In this document: piece by piece, positions 28,998-44,271 of the stretch
Layout: every line of letters begins with the position of its first letter
How positions within the stretch are numbered: position 1 is the first letter of the stretch
From: Octopus vulgaris
Taxonomy: Eukaryota
DNA length: 64,000 nucleotides
Reading direction: 5' to 3'
Assembly (NCBI GenBank): GCA_951406725.2
Contig: OX597824.1
Location: 18,042,001-18,106,000, forward strand
The notes under the pieces: generated by a model
Seen by the model: the letters and a program-made list of their open reading frames with translations, nothing else
What the model was told of the DNA's origin: nothing
The model's database searches: none
Translations under genes and position numbers: made by a program

Positions 28998-30239
28998 ATG
29001 CTGGAAAAATACTTCGCATCATTTCGTCTGGTTTTAAGTTCTGCGCTTGAATTCCGCATAATTTATTTCACATACGTTAAAGTAGTTTTACTTATATTTA
29101 CTGAAGTTAAAGGCACATTTTAAATATAGACTTAAGTCTGCATAACCATTCATAAATGGATCTTGAAGCTCAGTAAAATAAATTCAGTAGTACTAAATTA
29201 ATTAATTGAAGGTCTTAATATTTTGCGATGCATTGTTGAATATATTTTCTTGCGTTAAACCGTTTCCAACATTTGTTATAGTTCTTGGTATTTAGGACAT
29301 AGTGATATTTCTTTGAAGGAAATCAATGTATATAAAATACGCGAAAATAATAACCAATTTCTATAGAAAACGATTACATCGTTTATATTAATTATCAATG
29401 ACAAATTCTCATTATAAAACGAAGCCTAATTACTCGAAATCATTTGTAAGACTAGACGAACAAGAATTGTAAACACGTCTTGTTTACTTTGTATACGTAT
29501 GAATCGCTCACTCGTTAACTGTTGTCTTCTTGGATCTTTGAAAATGAATTACGCGATAAAAATATTTATATTATCTCATTTCTTTTCACTGTCTTCCAAC
29601 TCCAATTATTTTCCAATGTGAATTATCCTTACACACCATAACAACCCTAAAATAGATGCATACACTCACACACACTTACTTCCCCAAACTGCTTTCGCTT
29701 CAAAGAGACATGCCACCTAATATCTATACTTCCTCTGTTTTCATTTATCAGACTATGGTTTTCAAATGAATAGTTTTATATTCTACACAGTCATACAAAT
29801 ACAAGGAACGGCGGTGTAACTGGTCGATTATGGGACCCAGAATAAAAAAGAAAGCAGGAATTATTTATTTGAATTTTGAACCCAGCAAATTTAGATACCA
29901 GAAAATTAAGATACAACCTATAATTACGGAGATGTACTTGCCAGCATGGAATTTTGTCAAAGCGACGAAAATATTTTGTCTCAAAGCGACGAAAATATTT
30001 TGACAAATTAAATTTAGATGCTTAAGTGAATCTATAATTAGCCCATACTTCTGTCTGGTGGTGTTTCTATAACAAGGCATTGGTGAATATAAATACGCGT
30101 TTCTAAAGTAAAGTAAAAAATTAAATCTCAAGAAGTAGAGCAGGGATTATCTTAATCTGAGCTTCGGATTCATTGTTCAGCGGGCTCTCTTTCTCAAACT
30201 TTCTAACAATGGCGCACATAATACTACACTATTTCTACT

Positions 30240-30249
30240 AGTGGTAGTG

Positions 30250-30314
<65 letters not shown>

Positions 30315-30553
30315 TGTAGTAGTAGTAGTAGCAGCAGCAGCAGCAGCCGTTCAAACATTTGGACCTGGAGATCTCCATTTCCGGGCGACTTCGAAGGCCA
30401 CCTCCCAGTGGTGTCGGGCGTCAACGAAAAGCCCTCGACTACAAGACAACCAAATTCTTTTTTCCAAGGTCTGGGGTCACCCGCCCCTAAGCCCTATACC
30501 ATCACCTCATCAACCTTACCCATCTTGTTTTTTAACAACAACACCAACAACAA

Positions 30554-30586
<33 letters not shown>

Positions 30587-30596
30587 TAGTAGTAGC

Positions 30597-30648
<52 letters not shown>
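30240..30648. repeat. (GTA)n/(GCA)n/(CAA)n microsatellites flanking a 180-bp GC-richer insert
   Basis: Directly visible; the insert at 30345-30530 is unassigned and probably a retroelement fragment. Confidence 0.85.
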
Positions 30649-30901
30649 TTTGGTAGAATTTATCCAGTATCGGACATTAAGGGAGCAAATTGTTCATGTG
30701 CGCAGCATTAGCCGAGGAATTCAGTACACAATGTTATCGCAAAACCACTCGACTATTCTTGCGCCCATATACAAGTGAAAGAATGGCATAGAGACAGATA
30801 AATATATATATACGCACATACATACATACATACATACATATATACATACATATATATATATATATACATATAAATATATAAATAAATAAATAAATAAATA
30901 T

Positions 30902-30948
<47 letters not shown>

Positions 30949-31388
30949 CGAGTTCGGCTGGAATAGGGCTGAAAAAGATAAGAAACGAAGTAACGTGAAA
31001 TCAAATTGTGGATAGCATGCAAACATGCGCACGCGCACTTACAGCCGTATATGTACATACTTATATAACAGAAAGAGAAAGAGGCAGACAGACAGACAGA
31101 TAGACAAAGGCAGAGACTGAGAGTTATATAGAAGAGATCGTTGTCGGAAATGGTTGTGATACTGGAAAGAGAAGAAGCGACTTCGCTATCTAGAGACCGA
31201 TGATATGATGCAAAGAATCAGGAGAATTGGAAGAATAAGAAAACCACTGAAGACGATAAAAGATCTTTCGAGAAGGAAATAAACGCAACCAAAATATACA
31301 CCAATCATTCTAGGCCAAGTACTCTAGCTCTTTGCTTATACTAGCCTCCTTTCCATACATACATATATATATACATATTACGCACATG

Positions 31389-31519
<131 letters not shown>

Positions 31520-31678
31520 ATATATATATTTATTTATATATTTATATATATATATATATATTTACATATATATATTTTTATATGTACTATATATATATAT
31601 ATATATATATGTACTTATATATATATATAATATGTATATATATACATAAACACACACATATATGTGTGTACCTGTAAG

Positions 31679-31734
<56 letters not shown>

Positions 31735-32034
31735 GTATGTATATATGTATATAAGTAGTCTGTAGTTGAGATCTACCTCCATGATGATAAAAATCGTACC
31801 TCTTAACAGATATTTTCTTTCGGGTTTTACCTTCTCTCTCTCCATGTTCCAGGCCTCTCCAGCAGTCTTCTCTCTTCTATGACTCGTTTATATTTTCCCT
31901 AAAAGAATCTACACAGCCTCATCACCATGGAAAATACTCTCATGCTTTCCCCACCACACATCTTTTCATTTTGATATTTCTACCTTTATAAAAACTATAC
32001 ATGTACTTCACTCTATACTAATATATACATGGAT

Positions 32035-32136
<102 letters not shown>

Positions 32137-32199
32137 CGTGATTGTTAAGAATATAAGTATTTACCAATTTATGAAGCCAATTTACAAGCAGATCTTTTT

Positions 32200-32267
<68 letters not shown>

Positions 32268-32902
32268 CTATTTTCTACAAGCGGATTTAACATATATCTG
32301 CTTCTCATATCTATTCTTCATGTTGTTTTTATTGTTGTTGTTGTGGTTTTTATTATTGTTATTATTATTATTATTATTATTAATATGATTATTTTTATTT
32401 TTATTATTTTTATTATTATTATTAATATGATTATTATTATTATTATTATTATTATTATCATTATTATTATTATTATTATTGTTGTAGTTGTTGTTGTTGT
32501 TATCATCATCATCATTATTATTATTATTATAGGCATCGTTTCCAATGTTTCTCTGAGGAGTTTGAAGACAATGTCGACACCGTCTCAGTTACTTAATCCA
32601 TCGCTTCTACAAAGCAATATGAAATTTCTGTCACAAGCATCGATCTTAGACTTGTACCCTGCAAAACTAGGTCAAGAAATTTACAAAACTTTAATACAAA
32701 CAAAACCAACTCCAGTCCTTACATCAAGGACTACATGGCAATACACGCAACGAAAGAAACAAAACAGACCTCGACAGCTCAGTTGGCGTCAGTGTAATGG
32801 CGCAGTATTCTTTTTCATTTGCAAACAGATGGACACAACAGGATCCGTGCAGATGGTCACAACATTAAACTGAAAGTAAAAATGAGGACATAATAAAAAA
32901 TA

Positions 32903-33403
32903 TATGCGCTCTTTTAAAGCCTAGCCAGGCTCATGGGCCCGGTTTCCCGGTTTTTATGGCGTATGTGTTCCCCAGCTGGACGGGACGCTTGTCCATTGCA
33001 GCGTTACTCACTTTTGCCAGTTGAGTGGACTGGAGCAACGTGAAGTGAAGTGTTTTGCTCAAGAACACAACGCGTCGCCTGTTCCAGGAATCGAAACCAC
33101 AATCTTACGATCATGTTGCTGACACCCTAACCACTAAGCAACGCGCCTCCACGAATGCGCCCCTTTAAAGCCTAGCCAGGCTCATGGGCCTGGTTTCCCG
33201 GTTTTTATGACGTATGTGTTCCCCAGCTGGACGGGATGCTTGTCCATTGCAGCGTTACTCACTTTTGCCAGCTGAGTGGACTGGAGCAACGTGAAATGAA
33301 GTGTTTTGCTCAAGAACACAACACGTCGCCTGTTCCAGGAATCGAAGCTACAATCTTACGATCATGATGCCGACACCCTAACCACTAAGCCACGCGCCTC
33401 CAC
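32903..33403 (-). mobile_element. tRNA-derived SINE family C (CORE-like), dimer of two full-length ~250-bp units within a 13-bp TSD
   Basis: Minus head gtggaggcgcgtggcttagtggttagggtgtc...ttcgattcc; core ttgtgttcttgagcaaaacacttcatttcacgttgctccag. TSD taaaaatgaggac at 32877-32889 and 33404-33416. Confidence 0.9.
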
Positions 33404-33667
33404 TAAAAATGAGGACGTAGAGAATTATAAACAGGAGATGACAATATTTCGCCTCGATTTAAATTGGCAAATTTGTGTAAGAGATATGGTCTGATGAGGG
33501 ATCTGCAGTGAAAACAGTAGATACTCTGAGTTTCTTATTGAAGATTATTGATGTATTGATTCAAAAGTAACTGCCGTCCGTATACCACACTACAGAATGC
33601 AAGATACTGTGATGTCAATAGTCCTAGAACAGCGTAAAGTCGTAGGAGCATAGTCCATCCCTTAGCA

Positions 33668-34032
33668 AACCTTTAGTCAAGCAAATCGACCCCAGGACTT
33701 ATTCTTTGTAAGCCTAGTACTTATTCTATTGGTCTCTTTTCCTGAACCGCTAAGTTACGGGGACGTACACACACCAGTATCGGTTGTCCAGCGATTTTGG
33801 GGAGGGATAAACACACACACACAAACATATACACACACGTACATATATACATATATACATATACATATATACGACGGGCTTCTTTCAGTTTCCGTCTACT
33901 AAATCCACTCACAAGGCTTTGGTCGGCGCGAGGCTATAGTAGAAGACATCTTGGCCAAGGTGCCACGCAGTGGGACTGAACCCGGAACCATGTGGCTGGA
34001 AAGCAAGATACTTACCACACAGCCACTCCTAT
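33668..34032 (-). mobile_element. SINE family B
   Basis: Reverse complement of the B consensus seen at 28635-28997. Confidence 0.88.
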
Positions 34033-34039
34033 GTACCTC

Positions 34040-35250
34040 AAGATCATTATGACATATTCTCTAATTCATAGCCGCACTGAATTATAAAATCCCATAGTGT
34101 CTTCGCATTATCATATTCGATTATGACTTTGGGTTTATGTTCGTATCCCTTTTTTTGGCCCTGTTAGAGAATAAGAAACCATACTTGTAGCAAAGTGTCC
34201 AATGGACAATTATTGCTATATTGTCAGCACGTCTCTCATACTCTTCCTGGGCTAGTGATGTACATTGACTGGTAATATTTGATCTTGGTCAGCACAGACT
34301 AGAGCCTCCGTTTCAGGTTTTAAATCACTTTCAGTCATACATATCCATCTTTTTTCTCTGTCTGTTTTATCTTCAACATCACTATGAAATATTACATACA
34401 TTCTTTTGTTTATCCACCTATTTTCTGTTTCATTCATTCTCAAGTCCTTACACAGTGCTTTATCTTTGCAATATTCCATGCTACACAAGCCTGACCTTCT
34501 TACTTTCAATATTAGTAGTTCTTTGGCATTTTTTACATACCATGCTATGTTGTTTTCTTCTGCTCTAACGCTGCGTTCGCATCCAATCAGTCCTCTTCCC
34601 CTCTTTTCCTTGGTACATACAGTCTGCCTGTGTCACATGTTGAGTGGAATATGCTATATCTAGTCAACAACTTCATTGTCTTCCTGTCTAACCTATTTAG
34701 TTCGACTGCTGTCCATGCGATTACCCCTGCTCTATATCTCAGGAGTGAAACTGCCTAGCTGATGATAGTTTCCATCTTATTCCGTCTGTTTAATTCCGAC
34801 TTAAGGATTTGTCTCAGTACTCCACCTTAAATTTTTGTCGTTTCTTTCTCCATCAATCTATCCATTTCCAAAATCCCCAAGTACTTATAGCCCGTCTCTT
34901 CTATCTGGTTCATTACCTCCCCGGCGTTATCGCTAGCCCGTCCATACATTTGATTTTGCCTCTCTTCAAGACTAACACACCACACTTTTCCAGTCCGAAC
35001 TCTATTCTGATATCAGCACTGAAAGTATACACCCTATACTTTTGTTTCAGTTCTTGCAACAATTCAGCATACTTCTTGTCCTCGCTCCAGATGTCACTCC
35101 AAAACCATTGACTTTCAATGTTATCTGGTATAAACTTTTCATCTGTACACTCTCCATTTATTTCTTTGCAGAGAATCTCTTCTGACCTACACTGAATAAC
35201 CTATTCTGCTGGTAACCCTTCATTCTTTGGTCGTATCTTACCATATTTGA
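34040..35250 (-). mobile_element. Degenerate, internally deleted R4/Dong-like (RLE-type) non-LTR retrotransposon
   Basis: Minus-strand peptides RYDQRMKGYQQNRLFS, EINGECTDEKFIPD..SQWFWSDIWS, VYTFSADIRIEFGLEKCGVLVLKRGK, GYKYLGILE, RGRGLIGCE, LKPETEALVCADQDQ, AQEEYERRADNIAIIVHWTLC, LWDFIIQC. Most of the RT core is missing (junction near 35035). Confidence 0.82.
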
Positions 35251-35251
35251 T

Positions 35252-35302
35252 TATCTTCTTCTTCTTCTTCTTCTTCTTCTTCTTCTTCTTCTTCTTCTTC
35301 TT

Positions 35303-35333
<31 letters not shown>

Positions 35334-35423
35334 TTCTTCATCTTCATCTTCTTCTTCTTCTTCTTCTTCTTCTTCTTCTTCTTCTTCTTCTTCTTCTTCA
35401 TCATCTTTTTCTTCTTCTTCTCA

Positions 35424-35499
<76 letters not shown>

Positions 35500-35530
35500 C
35501 ATCATTATTATTACTATTATTATTATTATT
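35252..35530. repeat. (TTC)n then (TTA)n microsatellite
   Basis: Directly visible. Confidence 0.97.
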
Positions 35531-35531
35531 C

Positions 35532-35745
35532 AGGCGGTGAGCTGGCAGAATCCTTAGCAACGCTTAGAAATGCTAAGCGGTATTTCGCCCGTCGTTACGT
35601 TCTGAGTTCAATTTCTACCGACGACGGTTTTCTCTTTCATCCTTTCGGGGGTCGATAAAATAAGTACCAGTTGGACACTGAGGTCGATGTTATAGACTTA
35701 CCTCCTCCCCCAAAATTTCTACCAATGTGCTAAAATTTGAAGGAA
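35532..35745 (+). mobile_element. SINE family A variant inserted in (ATT)n
   Basis: aggcggtgagctggcagaatc head, core and alternative tail. Confidence 0.85.
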
Positions 35746-36493
<748 letters not shown>

Positions 36494-36890
36494 TGCTGTT
36501 TCTGGCATGAATGTCTTTGGTTGTTTTTATTGCCATTTACGTTATTTATATAACTTGTTTTCTTTTTTTTTGTTTCAATACCCTGTAATGATTACAAAGA
36601 GAATTTGAATACAATGTCAGGATCCTTTTTAGACAAGTATTATGTACATAAGAGATGCATAATGCTTGTCTAAATTCCCTTTCTCTTCTTTACCAAGAAA
36701 TAGGCAGCAAACATAGAAAGTAGTGAAAATATTCCTGAAAACGCGGGAAAAAAAAAACTAGCGATAGGAGGAATGTTGTTGAAAGTAATATAGAAAATTA
36801 TGGTGAGGATTTCTCTGTTTATGATGAATAAGAGAGGTCCCTGTAGAGTATGAGAAATTTATCATCTATCTATCTATACACATATACATA

Positions 36891-37002
<112 letters not shown>

Positions 37003-37483
37003 CATATATATATGTATATATATATATATATGTATGCATATGCATATAGGTATACGTATATAAGTATAAACATAGAAGTGTGTATGAGCTTTAGTGTGTC
37101 AACGTCTGTTCACGTGTGTATGTGTTGATTATGTGTGCATAACATCAGTATTTTATCACGGCTTGCATTTTGTGTCATACAAGGAAATACCTTTGTAAGA
37201 ATTAATTTTCGCATGCTTTTTTCGTTTGCATATTCAAAATTTGGCTAGTTTTTCTATCTCAATGGCTGTTTCTGTAGATTTATATATGCCTATGTATATA
37301 TGCTTTTGGACGTGTATGTCTGTTTGTGCACGTGTGTGAATCTATATCTGGGTTTGCAAGTGTGTGTTTCCGTGGGTGGGTGTGTTTACATGTGTGTTTC
37401 GAAAATGCTGCTTGTCATTATTCGCCAATATATCTGTGTACATTTTGGATTTTACTTGCGAAAGTTTCGAACTCTCTACAAAT

Positions 37484-37868
37484 GGATGGAAGCACTCCGT
37501 CGGTTACGTCGACGAGGGTTCCGGTTGATCCGAATCAACGGAACAGCCTGCTCGTGAAATTAACGTGTAAGTGGCTGAGCACTCCACAGACACGTGTACC
37601 CTTAACGCAGTTCTCGGGGATATTCAGCGTGACACAGAGAGTGACAAGGCCGGCCGTTTGAAATACAGGTACAACAGAAACAGGAAGTAAGAGTGAGAGA
37701 AAGTTGTGGTGAAAGAGTACAGCAGGGATCACCACCATCCCTGCCGGAGCCTCGTGGAGCTTTAGGTGTTTTCGCTCAATAAACACTCACAACGCCCGGT
37801 CTGGGAATCGAAACCGCGATCCCACGACCGCGAGTCCGCTGCCCTAAACTGGGACATTGCGCCTCCAC
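37484..37868 (-). mobile_element. SINE family D, full length with TSD
   Basis: Homologous to 100-477. TSD actctctacaaat at 37471-37483 and 37867-37879. Confidence 0.9.
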
Positions 37869-38268
37869 TCTCTACAAATAAACCGTAATGTATGCAAGTA
37901 ATTTGTATGTACCAGACCAGCCACTTTTTAGAAATCGTAAATAGGCGCAGGAGAGGCTTTGTGGTAAGTAGCTTGCTAACCTACTTCCCATGAGTATCTG
38001 TTGTTAATGTACGCATGCGTCATTGTGTTGCGCACTGAAGACGATAGCCGGCAGTGTTTAGCCTGCAAAATTAGAAGCTGCTGCAAGGTAAGACTTTTGT
38101 CTCTTGGATCCAGTGGGTGTTGTTGTCTGTGGTTATGTTTTTTACAAAGAAGGAGTCCTCACTGGATTCAGGATGTTGGTCTGCTTGCGGTTCAATCACG
38201 TCTACAATGATGAGTGATTGTGGCATTTGTAGATCCTCACCTATGAGGACGAGCAGAAGGTGTAGGGC

Positions 38269-38573
38269 ATACGTTGCAGTAGTCACCATTTCCTAGATGT
38301 TTTTATAATCTATCACTATTGTGCATTATGTGGTACACTTTGCCTCTCTGATGTGGTCGCACGCGGAAACGATTAGAGTTCCAACATTGGTATACGTGTG
38401 TGTGTATACGTATGGCTATATATATATATAGCCATACGTATACACACAGACACGTATACAAATGTTGGAACTCTAATCGTTTCCGCGTGCCACATCAGAG
38501 AGGCAAAGTGTACCACATAATGTACAATATTGATAGATTATAAAAACATCTAGGAAATGGTGACTACTGCAAC

Positions 38574-38577
<4 letters not shown>
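38269..38577. repeat. 309-bp near-perfect palindrome centred on (TA)7
   Basis: The left arm atacgttgcagtagtcacc...tatggc is the reverse complement of the right arm gccata...ggtgactactgcaacgtat, with few mismatches and one 3-bp indel. Confidence 0.95.
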
Positions 38578-38616
<39 letters not shown>

Positions 38617-38619
<3 letters not shown>

Positions 38620-38820
38620 GAAATTTACAGTAAAGCAAAAGACGAGGACGGGTGCATAAACCACAGGTGAGGAAGTCACTTACGTTTCGAGCCTACGCTC
38701 TTCAACAGAAGGGAACACGAGGAAATAGAGAGAAGAAACTTTTGGATCTAGCGGTCAATCATGGTGGTTGGCAGGACAAAGTTAGTTAGACAGAAGAGCT
38801 AGGAGGAAGGGGAGACATGC
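38617..38820 (-). mobile_element. Family H1 repeat with hammerhead-like motif
   Basis: Minus strand ctgttgaagagcgtaggctcgaaacgtaa (about 38680-38708); flanked by TA tracts. Confidence 0.65.
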
Positions 38821-39199
38821 GTATGTATATATAAATATATATATATTTATACATATATATTTATATATATATATATATATATAAACATACATATATATAT
38901 CAAATAAAATCAAAAACAGAACACAAAGGATGTCGCGGTACACGTGTTTCAAGATTTATAAACGACCGTTTGTTACATCAATGTATAACAGATATAAAAG
39001 ATGGTTTAAAGCTCTCTTCAGCCGCATGCACTGTTATTCCAAAGGGTTACATCACACTACGAAAAATATGAAACGTGCATGTTGTATTATCCATAATGAT
39101 AGGTATATCATATCTCCCTGAGAAAGTGCATTTGTAAAATTTCATAACCAAATGGGCGTGTAGCGTATCATTGGATATATATATATATAATATATACAT

Positions 39200-39232
<33 letters not shown>

Positions 39233-39240
39233 ATATACAT

Positions 39241-39330
<90 letters not shown>

Positions 39331-40203
39331 GTGTGTGTATCCTCATCACCATAACTGCTCGTTCAGCAAAAGAGATGGGCGGAATCAATACACGGCATAA
39401 AAAAAAGCTATGTATCGGAATTGATTTCTCCCGCAATGACATTGTGGATGGGGTTTCACTAGGGCCACGTTCTAATGATCGTAGCAAGTAAAAGCAATAA
39501 AGAAGTACAAAACAAAATATGCTTTTGTTGCTAGAAAGAAAAAAAAAAACAAGAATCATGAAGCAAAATGACAACACAAAATCATTATGTTTGAAATAAT
39601 AAGTTGTATGGAGCTGATACGAAACTCTCTGAACTTGTGTCGCTTTAACCATCCTTACTGCGCATGAGAAAGAAGCGTGCAACATAAAGTACTTCATGAA
39701 AAGGTCAGAAAAACTTCACATATTAAGCTGAAGCTGATTTCAGCCATATGCTCTTAAAAATAATTAGTTTGAAAATTGCACTGTATTGCCCGAAAGGAAT
39801 ATTGAGTGTTCTTATTAATGAGATGAACCTGAGGTAATTCTTTATCATTTTTTTGAAATCTCTTTTCATTATTATTATTATTCTCCTTTCATACATGCAT
39901 ACATACACACTTGCATACTTGCATACATATAAAAGATATATACATGTATGATACACACAAACACACACACACACACACATATATATATATGTACGTATAT
40001 GAATATATATATATATATATACATATATATATGAATATATATATATATACATATATATATGAATATATATATTTACATATATATATGAATATATAATATA
40101 TATATATGTATATAAGTATATATGTATGTGTGCTTGTACATTATATATATATATATATATATATATATGCATGTATGTATACGCACTTGTGCATGTGCAT
40201 AAA

Positions 40204-40253
<50 letters not shown>

Positions 40254-40422
40254 ATACGTGTGTGTGTGTGTATGGTGTGTATGCATGCATGTAGATGTTT
40301 ATAGATTTCTATTGCTTTTTTAAAAAATCTTGTAGTAAAAAAATTTATACAAAAACAATAACAACGATTGCAATAATAATGATAATAATAATAACAACAA
40401 CAACAACAACAACAACAATAAC

Positions 40423-40474
<52 letters not shown>

Positions 40475-40639
40475 GTAATAATAATAATAATAATAATGAA
40501 GACTGAAGTCTGTAACCAGTGATGAATGAAATATGAAGTAGACATCCACCTGCAATGAAATTCTTTTACAAGTAGAGTAATTATTGGAATTTTGTTCAGG
40601 AACTAAAATTCTTGTGCGTTAATTTAATTAGTTTGCCTT

Positions 40640-40880
40640 CCATTGGAGCATACTGAGCATTGAGAAACGGCTGAATATTGTTGGCCATGCACGCAACTAT
40701 GATTAGAATATAGCTTTCAACTTGTTTGTGTACTTTTTCTTGGAGGCCTCCGTCTTCCGTCGCTCGAGTTGTAAGAATATGTATCCAGCTGTTTCGTAGA
40801 TAATACCCCTGGAACTTTACTTTTCTTAAACAGGCCATGGAATGTTGTAGTCCTCAATACGGTGTGTCTTATAATAATAG
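40640..40880 (-). mobile_element. Possible highly degenerate RTE LINE 3' fragment
   Basis: Minus-strand LRKVKFQGYYLRN...ILTTR and, frameshifted, PRKKYTNKLK resemble the RTE C-terminus (LKFLGHILR...GRPRK). Confidence 0.4.
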
Positions 40881-41974
40881 TTATGGTCAGGTTGGAGTGT
40901 TAATTATCTCGTTTAATGCTTTACTTAATCAGAACCGATTTTGTACAAAACAATATCACCAGCAACACTGTAAAACTACATCAAATTACGTCTATGGTTT
41001 GTAATTTATTCCGTTACTCTTAAACATAGACACGTTTTCAATACTCCGTGTATTGTACATTCCATCTCCATCTGACGTGTGTACTAATAAATGAGTTTGA
41101 ATATTAGAGAACTCCGCTTTCTCTTTCCCCTCTCTTTCTTTCCCTCCTCTCGGTCTCTCTCTTTCACTCTTTCTCTCTCTTGCTCTCACACACACCTATA
41201 CATACACAGGCGCGAGGGCACACATACACTCACACACAGTGAAAATATAGTGAGCGACATTTCATTAACGGTCATGCAGCCGAAATATCTTTTCCTTTTT
41301 AAGGTAATAAATTCACGCATCATTTAACAGGCCAATGCTGGTACTCACAAACGGTTTTCCGTTTTTCTTTATTGGTAATATAGCAAATGTAACACTTCTA
41401 AAACTGTCTTTAATATATTTCAGCGTAAAAAAAAATTAATATTTTACAAATTATTAGTTAAAGACACACTACAAAAGATCTTGACTGACCCATATTTCAT
41501 TGTAGATACCATATGTTTGACTGACCTCTTTCTAGATATAAAAACCTCGTTCACCACATGGTGAAAAAAACCCAAACAATGCAGCTGATGGATGAAAGAC
41601 AATTTACACTCACACTGGTATAAGAGATAGAATTTTCTTCTCTTTTTGTCTTCCTTACATCCGTAAACTTAACCCTTATGAAATCAAAGGCCAAGTATCA
41701 ACTCCGCTCAAGCGCAAGTCTTCGCCTCCTATCATCACTGTTTTAAAATTATATCTTCTAAGTTCTTCACTAAACACGCTTCTTAATGTTTGCTCTCACA
41801 TGACCCAAAGTTACATGAAATCTGTCACCGCATAGATTTCATTTGCAGATATCAAACAATATGTTAAACATAAATAATTTAAATTACTGAAAGGCAGTTA
41901 ACCCCCATTGTTCATATTTCTGCGCAACCCAAACAACAACCGCCGGATTTTAAAAATAACGCATAGCTCTCATC

Positions 41975-42556
41975 TATTTTTCTACTCTAGCACAAGGCCC
42001 GATATTTTTGGGGAGGGGTACTTAATTTATCGACACCGAAAGGATGAAAGTCGAAGTCAACCTCAGCGGAATTTGAACTCAGAACGTAAAGACAGACGAA
42101 ATAGCTATTTCTTTACTACACACAAGGGACTAAACACAGAGAGGACAAACAAGGAGGGACAAACGGATTAAGTCGATTATATCGACCCCAGTGCGTAACT
42201 GGTAGTTATTTAATCGACCCCGAAAGGATGAAAGGTAAAGTCGACCTCAGCGGAATTTGAACTCAGAACTTAGCGGCAGACGAAATACCGCTAAAAATTT
42301 CGCCCGGCGTGCTAACGTTTCTTATTTCTTTATTGCCCACAATGGGCTAAACACAGAGAGCACAAACAAGGACAGACAAACGGAGAAAGTCGATTATATC
42401 AACCTCAGTACGTAACTAGTACTTATTTAATCGACCCCCCAAATGATGAAAGGCAAAGTCGACTTCGGCGGAATTTGAACACAGAACGTAGCGGCAGACG
42501 AAATACCGCTAAGCATTTCGCCAAGCGTGCTAACGTTTCTGCCAGCTCGCCGCCTT
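41975..42556 (-). mobile_element. SINE family A trimer with mixed tails
   Basis: Full unit ending at 42556; junctions near 42321 and 42104. The last unit carries the alternative ccctccccaaaaatatcgggccttgtgc tail. Confidence 0.9.
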
Positions 42557-43276
42557 ATATCTCTTATATATTCTAATAGCAGTGATAGTCATCTTAATCG
42601 TATATCGATACTATATATCGAAGAAGAAATGTGACGTTAAATTTTGATAGGCTTGATCACTATTTCTCTGAAATTTTATATTCTAACACTTGGATATTTT
42701 ATAGAAATATGTTAGTTAATCCCCAAAACGTGCCGTTGACGAATTAACACAATTTAATTTATAGTAAATATGTTATAAATCCAAGTTGTAAATTAAGATA
42801 GAATGTTATCGAAACACATGTTTGGGTAATGATTTTTTTCCTGTTTGGGTCACAAATAGAGTGCATGTGTTGGTTGTATCGTGACTTGAATTGCTTGCTG
42901 TAGAGTTTATAAATGTATATGTTGTAGTTGGTATCGTGTTTGTGGTTACCATTGTGGCCTAGTCAATATTGCTTGAGATATTACTTCCTTCAAGGAGCCG
43001 GAGAAAAGTGTCCTAAAATTTCAATTATTAGTATATATGTCATTTAGATTTTCGCTTAGAGACAGTTGCTGGCGATTGTAATTTGCTACAGTTTTTTCAG
43101 AGTTTTTTCTTGCAATATAATTTCACAATGTGTTTTAGGAAATGGTTGAGATTGAAATTCGGTAAATATAATCATAAGCATTTACCATGTATTGATAACA
43201 GAGTAAAGTCTAATATTTCCTCATATTTTCGCGTACTAACGTTCATTTTCCCGTTGAGTTTATATATCGTTATATA

Positions 43277-43407
<131 letters not shown>

Positions 43408-43499
43408 CACACATACACACGTACACATTCAAACACACACACATGCATGCACACACATATGGAAACAGTAGATTCATAAATCTAATTTAGATATTTCTC

Positions 43500-43890
43500 C
43501 AGGGACTGAAACATTAATGAACAAACTTAATCGATTTTAAAATCTTACTGGATTACCATCACCGGCATCTACATGAATTTGACCAATCCCAGAGAAACAA
43601 GCCACGAATTTGCATATTTCAGTAGCTACAGGAAACTGGTGCTTGTAAGTTGCATGCTGTGTTAACAATGTATTTAATATCATCGGCGATCTCAGTCTAC
43701 AGTTAAACAAGATATTATATAATATATGTAACAAACATAGTACCTTCATGAACATGGCTATTAGGCTGTTTCTCCATAGACTGAACAATTGATGAACAAA
43801 CGTAATCGATTTTTCCAATATTATTGGATTCTCATCAGAGACATCTACATGAATTTCACCAATCTCAGAGAATATAGCCGCCAGTCTTTT
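43500..43890. repeat. Diverged direct duplication of ~110 bp, spacing ~277 bp
   Basis: gactgaaacattaatgaacaaacttaatcgatttt...catctacatgaatttgaccaatcccagaga (43504) versus gactgaacaattgatgaacaaacgtaatcgatttt...catctacatgaatttcaccaatctcagaga (43779). Confidence 0.8.
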
Positions 43891-44057
43891 TATAACATCA
43901 ATAATTTCATTCAATATCTACAAGTATACATATTCTGGAAATATTTGCAGCATATATTTACTAATTTTGGTTTTTTGCACTAATTTCGGTTTGCCTTGAT
44001 AACATTATGTTAACATATATTTTCGGAAACTTTAATATTAGTTTCAGTGATATTTCA

Positions 44058-44128
<71 letters not shown>

Positions 44129-44151
44129 ATTTATGTATGTATGTATGTATA

Positions 44152-44228
<77 letters not shown>

Positions 44229-44271
44229 AAAAGAGAAGTTTGAAAACGCCACTATATTAGATAAATTTTAA

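Noticed and set aside
33330-33403. tRNA-like sequences (also 405-477, 28635-28705, 37795-37868)
   Set aside because: These are SINE heads with A/B boxes continuing into SINE bodies; no complete cloverleaf.
33485-33535. CTGATGA followed by the hairpin gggatctgc/gtagatactc
   Set aside because: No correctly placed GAAA, helix III or helix I partner; at best a decayed relic.
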